Source: a virus (taxonomy: Duplodnaviria; Heunggongvirae; Uroviricota; Caudoviricetes). From it: 64,000 bases of DNA. A model generated the notes under the pieces. The model saw nothing but the letters and a program-made list of their open reading frames with translations, did not search any database and was not told the DNA's origin. The DNA lies in IMG/VR virus record IMGVR_UViG_3300005748_000132, positions 20,180 through 84,179 of that record; one strand, written 5' to 3'. This document shows positions 40,318 to 49,333 of this stretch, one piece after another. Each line of letters starts with the position of its first letter. Positions within the stretch are counted from its first letter, which is position 1. Position numbers and translations under genes: made by a program.

Positions 40318-40769
40318 TCCCAGAAGCTAGGTACTTTTTCTCTAAGTAAGTACCAGTATCTATCTTCTATCCCTTTTCTCACCATCCTGTCTTTTTTACG
40401 AGCTATATTAAGCTCTTTTCTAAACTCAGGGTTATTAAATCTATCGAATATACTAATCTTTTTACCTGAACTTCTAACTTCTTCAAAAACCTTATTTACA
40501 TAAAACCCGACACTATAGTCTTTTCGTTTTCTATCAGCTAGTTCTAGAAGCTCCTTTAAACGTCTCATATCCTTGTTATTTGGGTCCGAGTTCCATTCTA
40601 AGTGGGTAAGGTTAGGGTCGTGCATAAAGTCGCTCACACGCTTAATATGAGCGTATATGAGGTCGTGTATTCCTTCTGCATCATAGTCTGTTGTGAACTT
40701 TGCTCCGTGGTATCCGTAGTATAGGAATCTTTTAACAAAAGTTAAGAAGTTAGTTATTTTACTTATCAT
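40314..40769 (-). CDS. hypothetical protein (151 aa)
   Basis: ORF. Confidence 0.4.
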   Translation of the reverse strand: MISKITNFLTFVKRFLYYGYHGAKFTTDYDAEGIHDLIYAHIKRVSDFMHDPNLTHLEWNSDPNNKDMRRLKELLELADRKRKDYSVGFYVNKVFEEVRSSGKKISIFDRFNNPEFRKELNIARKKDRMVRKGIEDRYWYLLREKVPSFWD

Positions 40770-41076
40770 CTAAATATCCTGTGTCCTTTAAAGCTCTAAA
40801 AATAGCAGAGAGTTTACCTAGGTTATTTCTTCCAGTTTCGTCACACCATTCTAGAGCTTCCTTACAAGCTTCATACACTTCGTCATCTAGTGAGACAGAT
40901 AGTTCTTCGTAATCTGACATGTTACCGACTCTTCTCAGGTACTCCATTCCTCCGTCTACCCCTATGTTACCGCAAGAGCATTTTTTGTAGTCATGTCTAT
41001 GAGCTGAGTATATAACATCTCCGCACTTTAGACACTTTACTCTGTTACTCAGAATCTTCATAGAACTCCTCTTCAA
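40759..41076 (-). CDS. zinc-ribbon protein (105 aa; probable ATG start at 41061)
   Basis: CLKCGD…CSCGN motifs. The track uses a TTG start at 41076; an ATG (MKILSNRV…) lies at 41059-41061. Confidence 0.45.
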   Translation of the reverse strand: MKRSSMKILSNRVKCLKCGDVIYSAHRHDYKKCSCGNIGVDGGMEYLRRVGNMSDYEELSVSLDDEVYEACKEALEWCDETGRNNLGKLSAIFRALKDTGYLDDK

Positions 41077-41184
41077 ATACTTCTTCGTAACAGTCTAAGC
41101 AGTAGGAACCTAGGTCTTTGTTACTGTTGTAAGGACCTTTTCCATATAGTTCGTCGAATTGTTGTTTACATTTATCGCAGATCA
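41045..41184 (-). CDS. unlisted small zinc-ribbon ORF (46 aa: MICDKCKQQFDELYGKGPYNSNKDLGSYCLDCYEEVFEEEFYEDSE)
   Basis: Found by hand translation of the 133-nt gap. AGAGGT SD 5-6 nt upstream of the ATG; two CxxC pairs; below the 60-aa track cutoff. Confidence 0.4.
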
Positions 41185-41209
41185 TAATTACCTCTATTAT
41201 ATTCTAACA

Positions 41210-43270
41210 CTACTTTTTAAATATGTCAACAAGCTTATTAGCTTCTTCTATGTAGTAATCGTAGTCTATATCTCCAGCAAAGTCCTCTATCCTGTTACAA
41301 ACTACGCACTTTCGTCCTACTTGTAAGTTGTTCCTTCTAGGTTCATCCTTACCTTTTAATGACGGCATTATCTTAATCAAGGTCTTAGCTTTTTCAGAAG
41401 TTGAAACATAGTACCTAGATACATTCTGCTCTTTAGTCTCGTTACCTTCGTCATCTACACTAACTAAATCGTAAGCTTTTGGTATCTTAGCTCGGAGCAT
41501 GAAGTCGTATTTATCCTCGTGGTTTCTCACAGCTTCCTCAATAGAAACACCTTCTAATAAATGTCTTTGTACAGCTTTTTGCACAACTTTCATTGACTGG
41601 TTTTTATGATGCTCGTCAGTAATTTCGTAAGCTCCTTTAGCTTTAAATTTTCCAGAACTTTCGTAAATAGCAATGTAAGAATTTACGTCCCTTATATACA
41701 TCTTAGAGTAGTCATTTCGCTCCATCTCAAGCTTTGTAGTATTTTCCCACTCTTTTATAAACTCATCTACTTTATCAGAATCCTTTCTCTTTACTCGAAC
41801 CGTTATACCGTCAGTATTTGACTGTACTGAAGTAGCTCCTTCTAGCTTCAGAATTTGCTCTAGTAACATGCACAAAGAAAGCTGTCCGTTAACCGTAATT
41901 GCCATTGTATATTGAGGGTCGTAAAAAGGAGAGTACTGGTTATTAGAGTTACCGTAAGTAGCGTTCAAGGCTAGTTTTATACTCGCGTTTTCTGGAGTAC
42001 CTTTTGGATGAGTTTTACGCTCCTCGTACAAAGCTTCGTAAGTCTTGCAAAACTGCTCACTTAAATGTTTAGGGTATAGCGTATTCTTAATAGCTAAGTT
42101 CGGGTAGTAAGAAGCTACGTCAAGGTCGATGATAACGTACTCGTCATCGGACTCTACAAGCTGAGGTTCTACTGAGCTATGGATACCCCCAACTCCAAAG
42201 ACGTATTTATGGTCGTTAATAACTACGTTCAAAGCTTCTGCGATATTCCAAGTGTAGTAATAAGATTTTTTACCACTTTTAAGCTCCTTTTCTAAAACTT
42301 GAGCTAAAGGTTTTTCCTTTCTGAATAAAGCTAAATCTTGTTCAGTAGGTTCTCCGTCCAACTTCTTAGACTTCTTCTCTACTAACTTGGCGTATTTCGC
42401 GACACTATATAAGTCAGATTCTAGAATGTCAGAAAAGACCCCTTTAGTTTCCGAAATACTTTGCAGCTTAAACCATTCCAGAATAGCTTGAAACTCTGGT
42501 CGCTCAAACTCTATATAGGGTAGGATGATACTTCTTAAGTGAATACTTTTACGCTTAGTTTGCCTCTTGATTCTTTTACCATTTTTCCAAGTATAGCAAG
42601 ACCCTTTCTTAGCTTGTTCTAACTCTTGTATGAAGATTTCTCCTCCGATCTTAGAGTCTGAAGCATTTGTAAAGTCCATTGAGTACTTTTCTGATAGTGA
42701 CTTTCTAAGTTCTAAAGCTCCTATATTCTCGTAATAGAACTTTAGTGTCGCGACTACATCATTAGTGTTGTACTCGATTATATGCTGCATTTGTTCTTCG
42801 GTTAGTTCTGTGTCAAAAGGGTAGGGTAACTCTTGAAGGTTATCCATCTTCATGTTAAACTGCAATACTTTTAGTGAGGTCATTTTGGCAGCGTTATCGA
42901 AATGGTTAAGCTTGAACAAGTCCACCTGAGCTAGTTTAACGTCTTTAGGTTTTATAAAGCTTCCGAACCTCTCATTTCTCATTTGGTTAATAAGTCTCTG
43001 AGCTTCTTTGAAGATATCCGCGACACTACAATCCTTATTGTTAAGTATGAAATGTAGTATAGGGTAGTCAAAAGCTAAGTTGTTGAAACCTACCAGTCTA
43101 CCGTCTTTTATACGCTCTAGGAACTCGAACATAAGCTCTCTGTTGTCTTTACGGTCAGATATCTCGAATACATGTCCTTCTTTACCGTCACTAGAAATAA
43201 CACACATAGAAAACAAGTTCTTATAAGTTTCTAAATCGTAAATCCAGTCGTTGTTGAAGTATTTAATCAT
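41210..43270 (-). CDS. family-B DNA polymerase (compact, phi29-like exonuclease motifs)
   Basis: Exo I YDLET, Exo II GFNNLAFDYP, Exo III YNTNDVVAT. Pol motif A DLDVASYYPN, motif B KLALNATYGNSNN, motif C SNTDGITV. 686 aa. Confidence 0.65.
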   Translation of the reverse strand: MIKYFNNDWIYDLETYKNLFSMCVISSDGKEGHVFEISDRKDNRELMFEFLERIKDGRLVGFNNLAFDYPILHFILNNKDCSVADIFKEAQRLINQMRNERFGSFIKPKDVKLAQVDLFKLNHFDNAAKMTSLKVLQFNMKMDNLQELPYPFDTELTEEQMQHIIEYNTNDVVATLKFYYENIGALELRKSLSEKYSMDFTNASDSKIGGEIFIQELEQAKKGSCYTWKNGKRIKRQTKRKSIHLRSIILPYIEFERPEFQAILEWFKLQSISETKGVFSDILESDLYSVAKYAKLVEKKSKKLDGEPTEQDLALFRKEKPLAQVLEKELKSGKKSYYYTWNIAEALNVVINDHKYVFGVGGIHSSVEPQLVESDDEYVIIDLDVASYYPNLAIKNTLYPKHLSEQFCKTYEALYEERKTHPKGTPENASIKLALNATYGNSNNQYSPFYDPQYTMAITVNGQLSLCMLLEQILKLEGATSVQSNTDGITVRVKRKDSDKVDEFIKEWENTTKLEMERNDYSKMYIRDVNSYIAIYESSGKFKAKGAYEITDEHHKNQSMKVVQKAVQRHLLEGVSIEEAVRNHEDKYDFMLRAKIPKAYDLVSVDDEGNETKEQNVSRYYVSTSEKAKTLIKIMPSLKGKDEPRRNNLQVGRKCVVCNRIEDFAGDIDYDYYIEEANKLVDIFKK

Positions 43271-43502
43271 TCTCAGGTTCCCATTGTAGAGCTGATACTA
43301 TAGTATATTCATCTTGATTACCTATCCAAGAATCTTCATCACCTTCGTACTCAGGAGTCATTACAACCTGTTCGATGACTGGAGGTAGTATTCCAAAACC
43401 CTCCATTGTTTTTAATATATAGTCAGCTAGACCTTTTACATCTTTAGACCTATTCAGATTTATTGCCATTTCTATAACATCAACCATTTCGCTTCTTTTC
43501 AT
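43263..43502 (-). CDS. hypothetical protein (79 aa)
   Basis: ORF overlapping the polymerase start. Confidence 0.35.
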   Translation of the reverse strand: MKRSEMVDVIEMAINLNRSKDVKGLADYILKTMEGFGILPPVIEQVVMTPEYEGDEDSWIGNQDEYTIVSALQWEPEND

Positions 43503-43888
43503 AACTCTCCTTCGCTTTCTTTTTCAGTCTTGTTTATGACTACTTCATAAATAGCTTTTCCTAACTTTTGCATCTCTTTTTTCATGTTAGCAGAACCTCT
43601 ACTCTTACCGTCCCAAATAAGTAATAAAGCGTCTGCATATTCAGCCATCTGTCTATTTCTGATCGGTCCAGCAGCTTTACCGTGAGTTTCCCAGTCGGCA
43701 GAAAATCTCTTAGTTGGAAACCCATAAACCTTTTCTGCAAAGTAACAAGCTGAAGCATCTACTCCTTTAGCTCCTCCTTCTACGATTTCTGTTACTATTT
43801 CAAATAATCCGTAAATATCCAAAATATCTTTAATCATACCTGACATTCGATTAGGGAATGTTCTTTTACCTGCTATAATTAACCTCAT
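43499..43888 (-). CDS. SLOG-superfamily protein (DUF2493-like)
   Basis: GGAKGVDASACYFAE glycine-rich loop and …FSADWETHGKAAGPIRNRQM… closely resemble the phage DUF2493/SLOG (DprA/LOG-like Rossmann) family. Confidence 0.5.
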   Translation of the reverse strand: MRLIIAGKRTFPNRMSGMIKDILDIYGLFEIVTEIVEGGAKGVDASACYFAEKVYGFPTKRFSADWETHGKAAGPIRNRQMAEYADALLLIWDGKSRGSANMKKEMQKLGKAIYEVVINKTEKESEGEL

Positions 43889-43895
43889 AACTCTC

Positions 43896-44258
43896 CTAAT
43901 AAGTTTTAAACTTGTAACCTGCGTTTTCTATAACACCTTCTGTAGTGTCTGAATTTCCCAACATGCTAATCAAACCTTCCTTTATATCTCCAACAAGGTC
44001 TTCATGTAAAACTTTAAACTTTTCTGACATAGTTTCCGAAACCTTTTTGTTACCTTTTTCTATCATATCTTGAAGCTCTGTTGCTGTAATTGGCTTTAGT
44101 AAAATAACTTCATTCAATAACTTCTCATAAGGTTCCAAAACCTCGACACTAAAGTCCTCTGTAGTTATCACGTTACCTTTTACTGATAATATCTTAGGGT
44201 TTTCTTGAAGGTAGTCTTTGAAGTCTTTGTAAGCTGTTTCGTCGTCTATAAGGTACAT
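43896..44258 (-). CDS. hypothetical protein (120 aa)
   Basis: ORF. Confidence 0.4.
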   Translation of the reverse strand: MYLIDDETAYKDFKDYLQENPKILSVKGNVITTEDFSVEVLEPYEKLLNEVILLKPITATELQDMIEKGNKKVSETMSEKFKVLHEDLVGDIKEGLISMLGNSDTTEGVIENAGYKFKTY

Positions 44259-44259
44259 A

Positions 44260-44565
44260 TTATCGCTCTATTCTCTCTATTTGTATCATCAATTTTCTCC
44301 AATCTTCATCAGAAACTTCCAAGTCATAGTTTTTTATTCTGTCATAAGTAGCATAAGGACTTGCCTTAGACCAAAAATCTATATTTTCCTCGTATTTTAC
44401 GCCAGTATATTCTTCAGGTTCGTAAGTGTATATTGTTTCAGCGGTTTGTTTTTTACTAAAAAGAGCTACGCCTTCTTCGTTAAATTTATAGGCTTTTTGA
44501 CCTTTTCTTACGTACCTACGTGATCTCTTCCATTCTTTAAATGTTTTAAATTCTTCATCGTCCAT
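44260..44565 (-). CDS. hypothetical protein (101 aa)
   Basis: ORF. Confidence 0.4.
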   Translation of the reverse strand: MDDEEFKTFKEWKRSRRYVRKGQKAYKFNEEGVALFSKKQTAETIYTYEPEEYTGVKYEENIDFWSKASPYATYDRIKNYDLEVSDEDWRKLMIQIERIER

Positions 44566-44567
44566 AA

Positions 44568-44801
44568 TTACTCCTCTAAAAACTCTTCAACCACGTTCAA
44601 AACGTAGAAGTTCTCTAAATACGTTCTTTCTTCTTCTGTTAAGTCAACCCAGTCTCCGTCGTAAAAACGCTCTACTATCTCGTCAACTCTTTTATCAGTA
44701 TAGCACAAGTTTATTATTTCGTCAATAAGCTCTAAGTCTTCTAAACAAGTAGCGTGTTCAGTCCAGAAGTCTAGTTGGTAAAACCAGTCTAGGTTAGTCA
44801 T
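44568..44801 (-). CDS. hypothetical acidic protein (77 aa)
   Basis: ORF. Confidence 0.35.
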   Translation of the reverse strand: MTNLDWFYQLDFWTEHATCLEDLELIDEIINLCYTDKRVDEIVERFYDGDWVDLTEEERTYLENFYVLNVVEEFLEE

Positions 44802-45180
44802 TATCTCTAAGTTTCCTAGTCAACTCTTTATTCTTCTGAACTAGTTCTTTAACTTGCTCGTTTAGTAGTTCACAAGCTTCTGATTCTATTCTAAGTTGCT
44901 TTGTTAGGTCTTCGTTATCAGCTAATACAGCTATTAGACTGGATTGGTTGTCTTTGAGCTTTTGTTTTAGTGTCGTGATTTCGGACTCTAAAGATTCTAC
45001 CTGAGTTTGGTAAAGTTTGTCCAAGGTGTCTTTTGTTATTACATGGAATATACCTTCTTCGTCTTGATATAAAGGTACGCATCTTATATCAGCTTCTGGG
45101 TCATATGTAGCTTTGACTATTCCGACACTATCTAATTTTTTCATAAGTTTCCTTTTATATATTTGTAGTAGTCTGAGCAA
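44794..45180 (-). CDS. coiled-coil protein (128 aa)
   Basis: Heptad-rich C-terminal half. Confidence 0.4.
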   Translation of the reverse strand: MLRLLQIYKRKLMKKLDSVGIVKATYDPEADIRCVPLYQDEEGIFHVITKDTLDKLYQTQVESLESEITTLKQKLKDNQSSLIAVLADNEDLTKQLRIESEACELLNEQVKELVQKNKELTRKLRDND

Positions 45181-45701
45181 TACTTTATTTGAAACTTACA
45201 GTCATCTATAGCATTATGACGCTCTCCTATAAATTCGTTATCTTTTTTATAGTTCGGAGAACCTAGTCTAGAAGCTAAGTCTACAATAGTTCTAACGTCT
45301 CTGTGTTGAAAAAACTTCCACTGTGGTAATATGTTACAGTTTTCATATGTAGTTTCTAACCACACATTGTCAGCCATTATTCCATTACCCCAAACCGACT
45401 CAGTATTGTTGTTTTTTAAAAACAGGTTCAATTCTTGTAAACCTTGTTGAATCTCTTTTCCAGTTAAGAAACTTTCTAATACGACTTTTCTAAATACTTC
45501 CTTATCCTGTTCTGACCAGAACTCCATGGTACTTTGACTTATCTTATTTCCTATTTTTATGCAGCTCATAGGGTCTATCAGTATATTAAAAGTTTCTCCT
45601 ATTTTTCCCGACACTAAATCGAATTGTACTGCTGAAATTTGAGTAATAACAGGGTTTGTGTTATTACCTAATGTTTCTATGTCTAACATGCAATCTTTCA
45701 T
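45141..45701 (-). CDS. DnaQ-like DEDDh 3'-5' exonuclease
   Basis: Exo I LDIETLG; Exo III HNAIDD. Confidence 0.6.
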   Translation of the reverse strand: MKDCMLDIETLGNNTNPVITQISAVQFDLVSGKIGETFNILIDPMSCIKIGNKISQSTMEFWSEQDKEVFRKVVLESFLTGKEIQQGLQELNLFLKNNNTESVWGNGIMADNVWLETTYENCNILPQWKFFQHRDVRTIVDLASRLGSPNYKKDNEFIGERHNAIDDCKFQIKYCSDYYKYIKGNL

Positions 45702-46549
45702 AACTCCTCCTCTCTTTCATTATAACCGTCTTCTATCATTTTTGCAACCTTTTTCTCAGTAAGTTCTTCATATGGGTATAAACTAAAGAATACTTGTTTA
45801 ATTCTTTCACGGTCTAAACCTGACAATCCACAAGTGAAGAGAAACGCATTAGAACTACGAAACCACTCTCCAGATAAATTATCCGGTGCATTTTCCAAGA
45901 AGTAAGCTATAGACTCTGGTATCTTCTCCCTAGGTTCACCGTATAGTGCTTTTACAAGCTCCTCTAAGCTCTCCCCTACCTCGACCCTTTCTCTGGTATC
46001 GTAATCCATTTTAGGGCTGTTTTTGGGCTTCTGAGGAGGTACTGGTTCTAGTAAGTCAGATTCGTAATAAAAGCCATCTACAAGAGTTGAACCGAAGTAA
46101 AATCTAGCCAAGTCCTTACAAGATGGGTCTACGTTAAAGTATTCTGCATATTTAGCATAAGTAGCTCTATATACGCCTTTATCAGTTATTGTCTTAGCTA
46201 GAGGGAAGATCAATCTAAATCTATGTTCGTCTTCTGTAAAGCTGGTACTAGGTAAACAAATACAGGTAACATTTAGTTTATGAACTATTTCCTCAGCTTC
46301 TTCTATTCTCATACCTGAATCTATATCGAAAGCTAAAACATCTACTGATATAAAGTTATCTTCATGACGATATTCCCTGAATACAAACGGTGACCAAGTA
46401 AAATTAGTAACTATTTCAATAAGATCATCTTCTGTTGTAAATTCCTTAGTAACAGCTTTATTAGGTCTAGAAACGTTTAAGCTTTCTATGCTTTTTTCCT
46501 CCTTACTGATGGGAAGTACTTTAGCTCTTGGAAAAACACTTAACTTCAT
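45698..46549 (-). CDS. archaeo-eukaryotic primase (AEP/PrimPol)-like protein
   Basis: Motif I VLAFDIDSG (DxD); motif II …EDEHRF (His); motif III ARFYFGST (R…GS). Confidence 0.5.
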   Translation of the reverse strand: MKLSVFPRAKVLPISKEEKSIESLNVSRPNKAVTKEFTTEDDLIEIVTNFTWSPFVFREYRHEDNFISVDVLAFDIDSGMRIEEAEEIVHKLNVTCICLPSTSFTEDEHRFRLIFPLAKTITDKGVYRATYAKYAEYFNVDPSCKDLARFYFGSTLVDGFYYESDLLEPVPPQKPKNSPKMDYDTRERVEVGESLEELVKALYGEPREKIPESIAYFLENAPDNLSGEWFRSSNAFLFTCGLSGLDRERIKQVFFSLYPYEELTEKKVAKMIEDGYNEREEEL

Positions 46550-46550
46550 A

Positions 46551-46868
46551 TTACCAAACGTGTAGATCAGATATTATTTTAAAACTATCAATATCGACTT
46601 CGATTTTCATAGAACTTAACTTCTTTATTAACTTTTTTACATTTTTATTAACTTCAGTTAAAGTATCGCCATCTACCATAATGTAAAATATATTATCGTC
46701 TCCTGAGTAACTACCGTCACCAGCTTCTTCATAGTTAAATTCTAGATCCGATAATAGACTATTCATGTCTCCGTCAAAATCTCCTTTGTTAGCTACAACA
46801 AGCTTCTTTCTGATCTCGTCAGTAACTTCTAAGCCAATACCTCCAACAGGACTGTAATCTATACTCAT
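46551..46868 (-). CDS. hypothetical protein (105 aa)
   Basis: ORF. Confidence 0.4.
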   Translation of the reverse strand: MSIDYSPVGGIGLEVTDEIRKKLVVANKGDFDGDMNSLLSDLEFNYEEAGDGSYSGDDNIFYIMVDGDTLTEVNKNVKKLIKKLSSMKIEVDIDSFKIISDLHVW

Positions 46869-46879
46869 TTAATTCTCCT

Positions 46880-47104
46880 TTATATTCTAGTGTCCCAAAT
46901 AACGACACACTTCTTTTGTCCACCTCTTCTTGTCATGTAGTAAGCTGTACAATGAGCGTATTGTTTTAATAACTGATTAGATTCATCGTAAGGTTCCCAT
47001 CTTGTATAGAAATCTTTAACTATTTCACGAACTTGGTTTTCTGACACTACCATACGCTTTGGGTACAGTCCGTTTTTAATAGCTTGTTGTAGTGGGTTCA
47101 TCAA
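46880..47104 (-). CDS. hypothetical protein (74 aa)
   Basis: ORF. Confidence 0.35.
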   Translation of the reverse strand: MMNPLQQAIKNGLYPKRMVVSENQVREIVKDFYTRWEPYDESNQLLKQYAHCTAYYMTRRGGQKKCVVIWDTRI

Positions 47105-47283
47105 TTATACCACTCCTCTTTTAAATCCTCCACAGAAAACCCTGACCCTGCTAGAAACTCTATAAAAGCATTTATAACTTCTTGTCTGCACGCTGTTTCT
47201 ACTTCTAGTGTGACTTTTGTAGTGTCAAATTCGTTGGTCAAATCTCTGTCTTTTGTAAAGGTTATTTTCATATTAACACTCAC
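47101..47283 (-). CDS. hypothetical protein (60 aa)
   Basis: ORF. Confidence 0.3.
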   Translation of the reverse strand: MSVNMKITFTKDRDLTNEFDTTKVTLEVETACRQEVINAFIEFLAGSGFSVEDLKEEWYN

Positions 47284-48001
47284 AAACGCTATATGTTTTT
47301 ACTGTTTGGGTCACTTTAGCTGGTCTATAATTGTATTTCACAGAAGCTTCTAGGATATGGTCAGGGTTTATGACTACTCCTTTTTGTTTCTCGTAAAAGT
47401 ATATTGCTCCTTGAATACCTTCTTTGTATAAGTCGGGAGTGTCATTGTATATAGCGTAGTCAAGTTGAATACTTTCTCTAGATGTTATAAATTCCGTCAA
47501 AATACCTTCTTCTAATTCAGCTCTACTACTTTTGTTATGGTAAGTTTGTAAATCTAGCTCGTAGGTAAACTTAATAGCTGATTTTTTATAGTTGGTTTTT
47601 ATGTAAACATCTACTGACTTAGGAATATCTTCAGCATCATTTTCAATATCCTTTGTCTCTTTTGTTAGTTTTTTAGGATTACCTAGTTTTTTATGCTTTC
47701 CATTAATCAGTCTTTCAGCATCATAACTCGTATCGTAGCTATTATCAAGGAACCTATATCTTAAAAGATTACCTTTTTTGTCATACTCCACATACCAAAC
47801 CTCCATAATTTTTTCATAATATTCGTCAAGAACTTTGTCACCTTTTTTTAAAGTGATTTCTTTAGTGTCAGTTTTTTCTGGTTCACTGGATTCTGACACT
47901 ATTCCACCTTCGGAGAAGTTTTGATCAACTTTTTCAAATAACTCATGTAGTGTGAAAACTACAGTTAAAAAAACTATTACTCCTATTACCCATATTATCA
48001 T
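47273..48001 (-). CDS. membrane-anchored protein (242 aa)
   Basis: N-terminal TM MIIWVIGVIVFLTVVFTL. Confidence 0.45.
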   Translation of the reverse strand: MIIWVIGVIVFLTVVFTLHELFEKVDQNFSEGGIVSESSEPEKTDTKEITLKKGDKVLDEYYEKIMEVWYVEYDKKGNLLRYRFLDNSYDTSYDAERLINGKHKKLGNPKKLTKETKDIENDAEDIPKSVDVYIKTNYKKSAIKFTYELDLQTYHNKSSRAELEEGILTEFITSRESIQLDYAIYNDTPDLYKEGIQGAIYFYEKQKGVVINPDHILEASVKYNYRPAKVTQTVKTYSVCEC

Positions 48002-48158
48002 TTCACATCTCCTATCAGTTTTTCAAGATTCTTCTTTTGTTCTATTGTCATTGCTGATATTAGAAAACCATTTACATAAGTGTAAACTATTCCGTTTATC
48101 TCAACCTCTTCTACCTCACCTTGAGGTATTATAGCTTTTGTTTCATCTTTTTCTGACA

Positions 48159-48560
48159 CTATATCTCCTTCATTTGCTCTACATACTTTTCATAGTACTT
48201 GTTGACACAGTCATCAGAAGTTGAGTAACTGCTCATAAAATTATTATAGCACACTCCTTCCTTTGTGTCAATATGGTCTGCTGATTTTACGCAATGGGCT
48301 ATTTCATGGGCTATAAGTATTATCTTATCCTTTTCAGAAAGCTTGTACCAGAACTTCAGGTTAATCCCAACTCTACCTAGTCCTTCAAAGCAGAAACCTA
48401 GTTCTTGGTTGTCAAGTCTGTAAAAGTTGTAGTCAAGGTTTTTACCGTCTAAGTTACCTTCAGATATCTCGTAGACTTCTTTTACATAAGGTTCGATATC
48501 TTTCGGTATGAAGGAGGTTAGCAAGGGTAGGAATAGTAGTGTCACGATTAGTGGTATCAT
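48159..48560 (-). CDS. exported/membrane HExxH zinc-metallopeptidase-like protein (133 aa)
   Basis: N-terminal hydrophobic signal/anchor; LIAHEIAHCV motif. Confidence 0.45.
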   Translation of the reverse strand: MIPLIVTLLFLPLLTSFIPKDIEPYVKEVYEISEGNLDGKNLDYNFYRLDNQELGFCFEGLGRVGINLKFWYKLSEKDKIILIAHEIAHCVKSADHIDTKEGVCYNNFMSSYSTSDDCVNKYYEKYVEQMKEI

Positions 48561-48562
48561 AG

Positions 48563-49285
48563 TTATTTAACACCTTTGCATATTTTAACAAGCTCTGACA
48601 TCTGAGAAACCTCTACTTCTATGAAATTATCCTTATCTTTTAGTTCATTCCACATTTTAACTTGAAGGTTATCATAAACTTTTTTAGATAGTCTTTTAGT
48701 TTTCAAACCTAAAGATTTCAATTGATTCTTAACGATTGTAAAATCTAGTTTAGACTCTTTTACAGCTATTTTAAAATCATACTTTATATCTTCTTTTGAC
48801 AATAAACCTTCACTTATAGCTTTAAATATTTCATTAGGTGATAGATATTTTCCAAATTTAAACATGTAAACTTTAAACTCTATTGAAGATTTACCTAAGT
48901 TTCTGATATGTAGTAATCTTTCTTTTGAAGTTTTTGCTATTCTACTACAGTGGTTAAAAAACTCCTCAGGTTCCATTGACTTCTTCATGTAATTACAAGT
49001 GGAGCAACAACTCACAACATTATCATCAGTATACCCTTTAGAATTATCCATCCTATCTATACCATTTCTAACTAAACCCTTAGAGTCTTCTTTTGGTGGA
49101 TTTCCGCAATAAAAACAGTTACTATAAATAAGATGTCTAAATCTGTTCTTGCTTATATTATGATCAAAGTCTTTTTCATAAATACGCTTTAATAGAACCT
49201 TATATTCAGCAGCTTCTTTTTTGTTTAATTCATAATCTTCGTTTCTATTCAAAGTTTGTTTTTTAAAAAAGTTATTTCTTTTCAT
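48563..49285 (-). CDS. HNH endonuclease-like protein (possible homing/nicking endonuclease)
   Basis: Cys-rich HNH-like core: CFYCGNPP…NGIDRMDNSKGYTDDNVVSCCSTCNYMK. Confidence 0.5.
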   Translation of the reverse strand: MKRNNFFKKQTLNRNEDYELNKKEAAEYKVLLKRIYEKDFDHNISKNRFRHLIYSNCFYCGNPPKEDSKGLVRNGIDRMDNSKGYTDDNVVSCCSTCNYMKKSMEPEEFFNHCSRIAKTSKERLLHIRNLGKSSIEFKVYMFKFGKYLSPNEIFKAISEGLLSKEDIKYDFKIAVKESKLDFTIVKNQLKSLGLKTKRLSKKVYDNLQVKMWNELKDKDNFIEVEVSQMSELVKICKGVK

Positions 49286-49333
49286 TTAAACCTCCTCTGA
49301 ATATTGTACCATCTTACTATGAAAAAGTCAACA

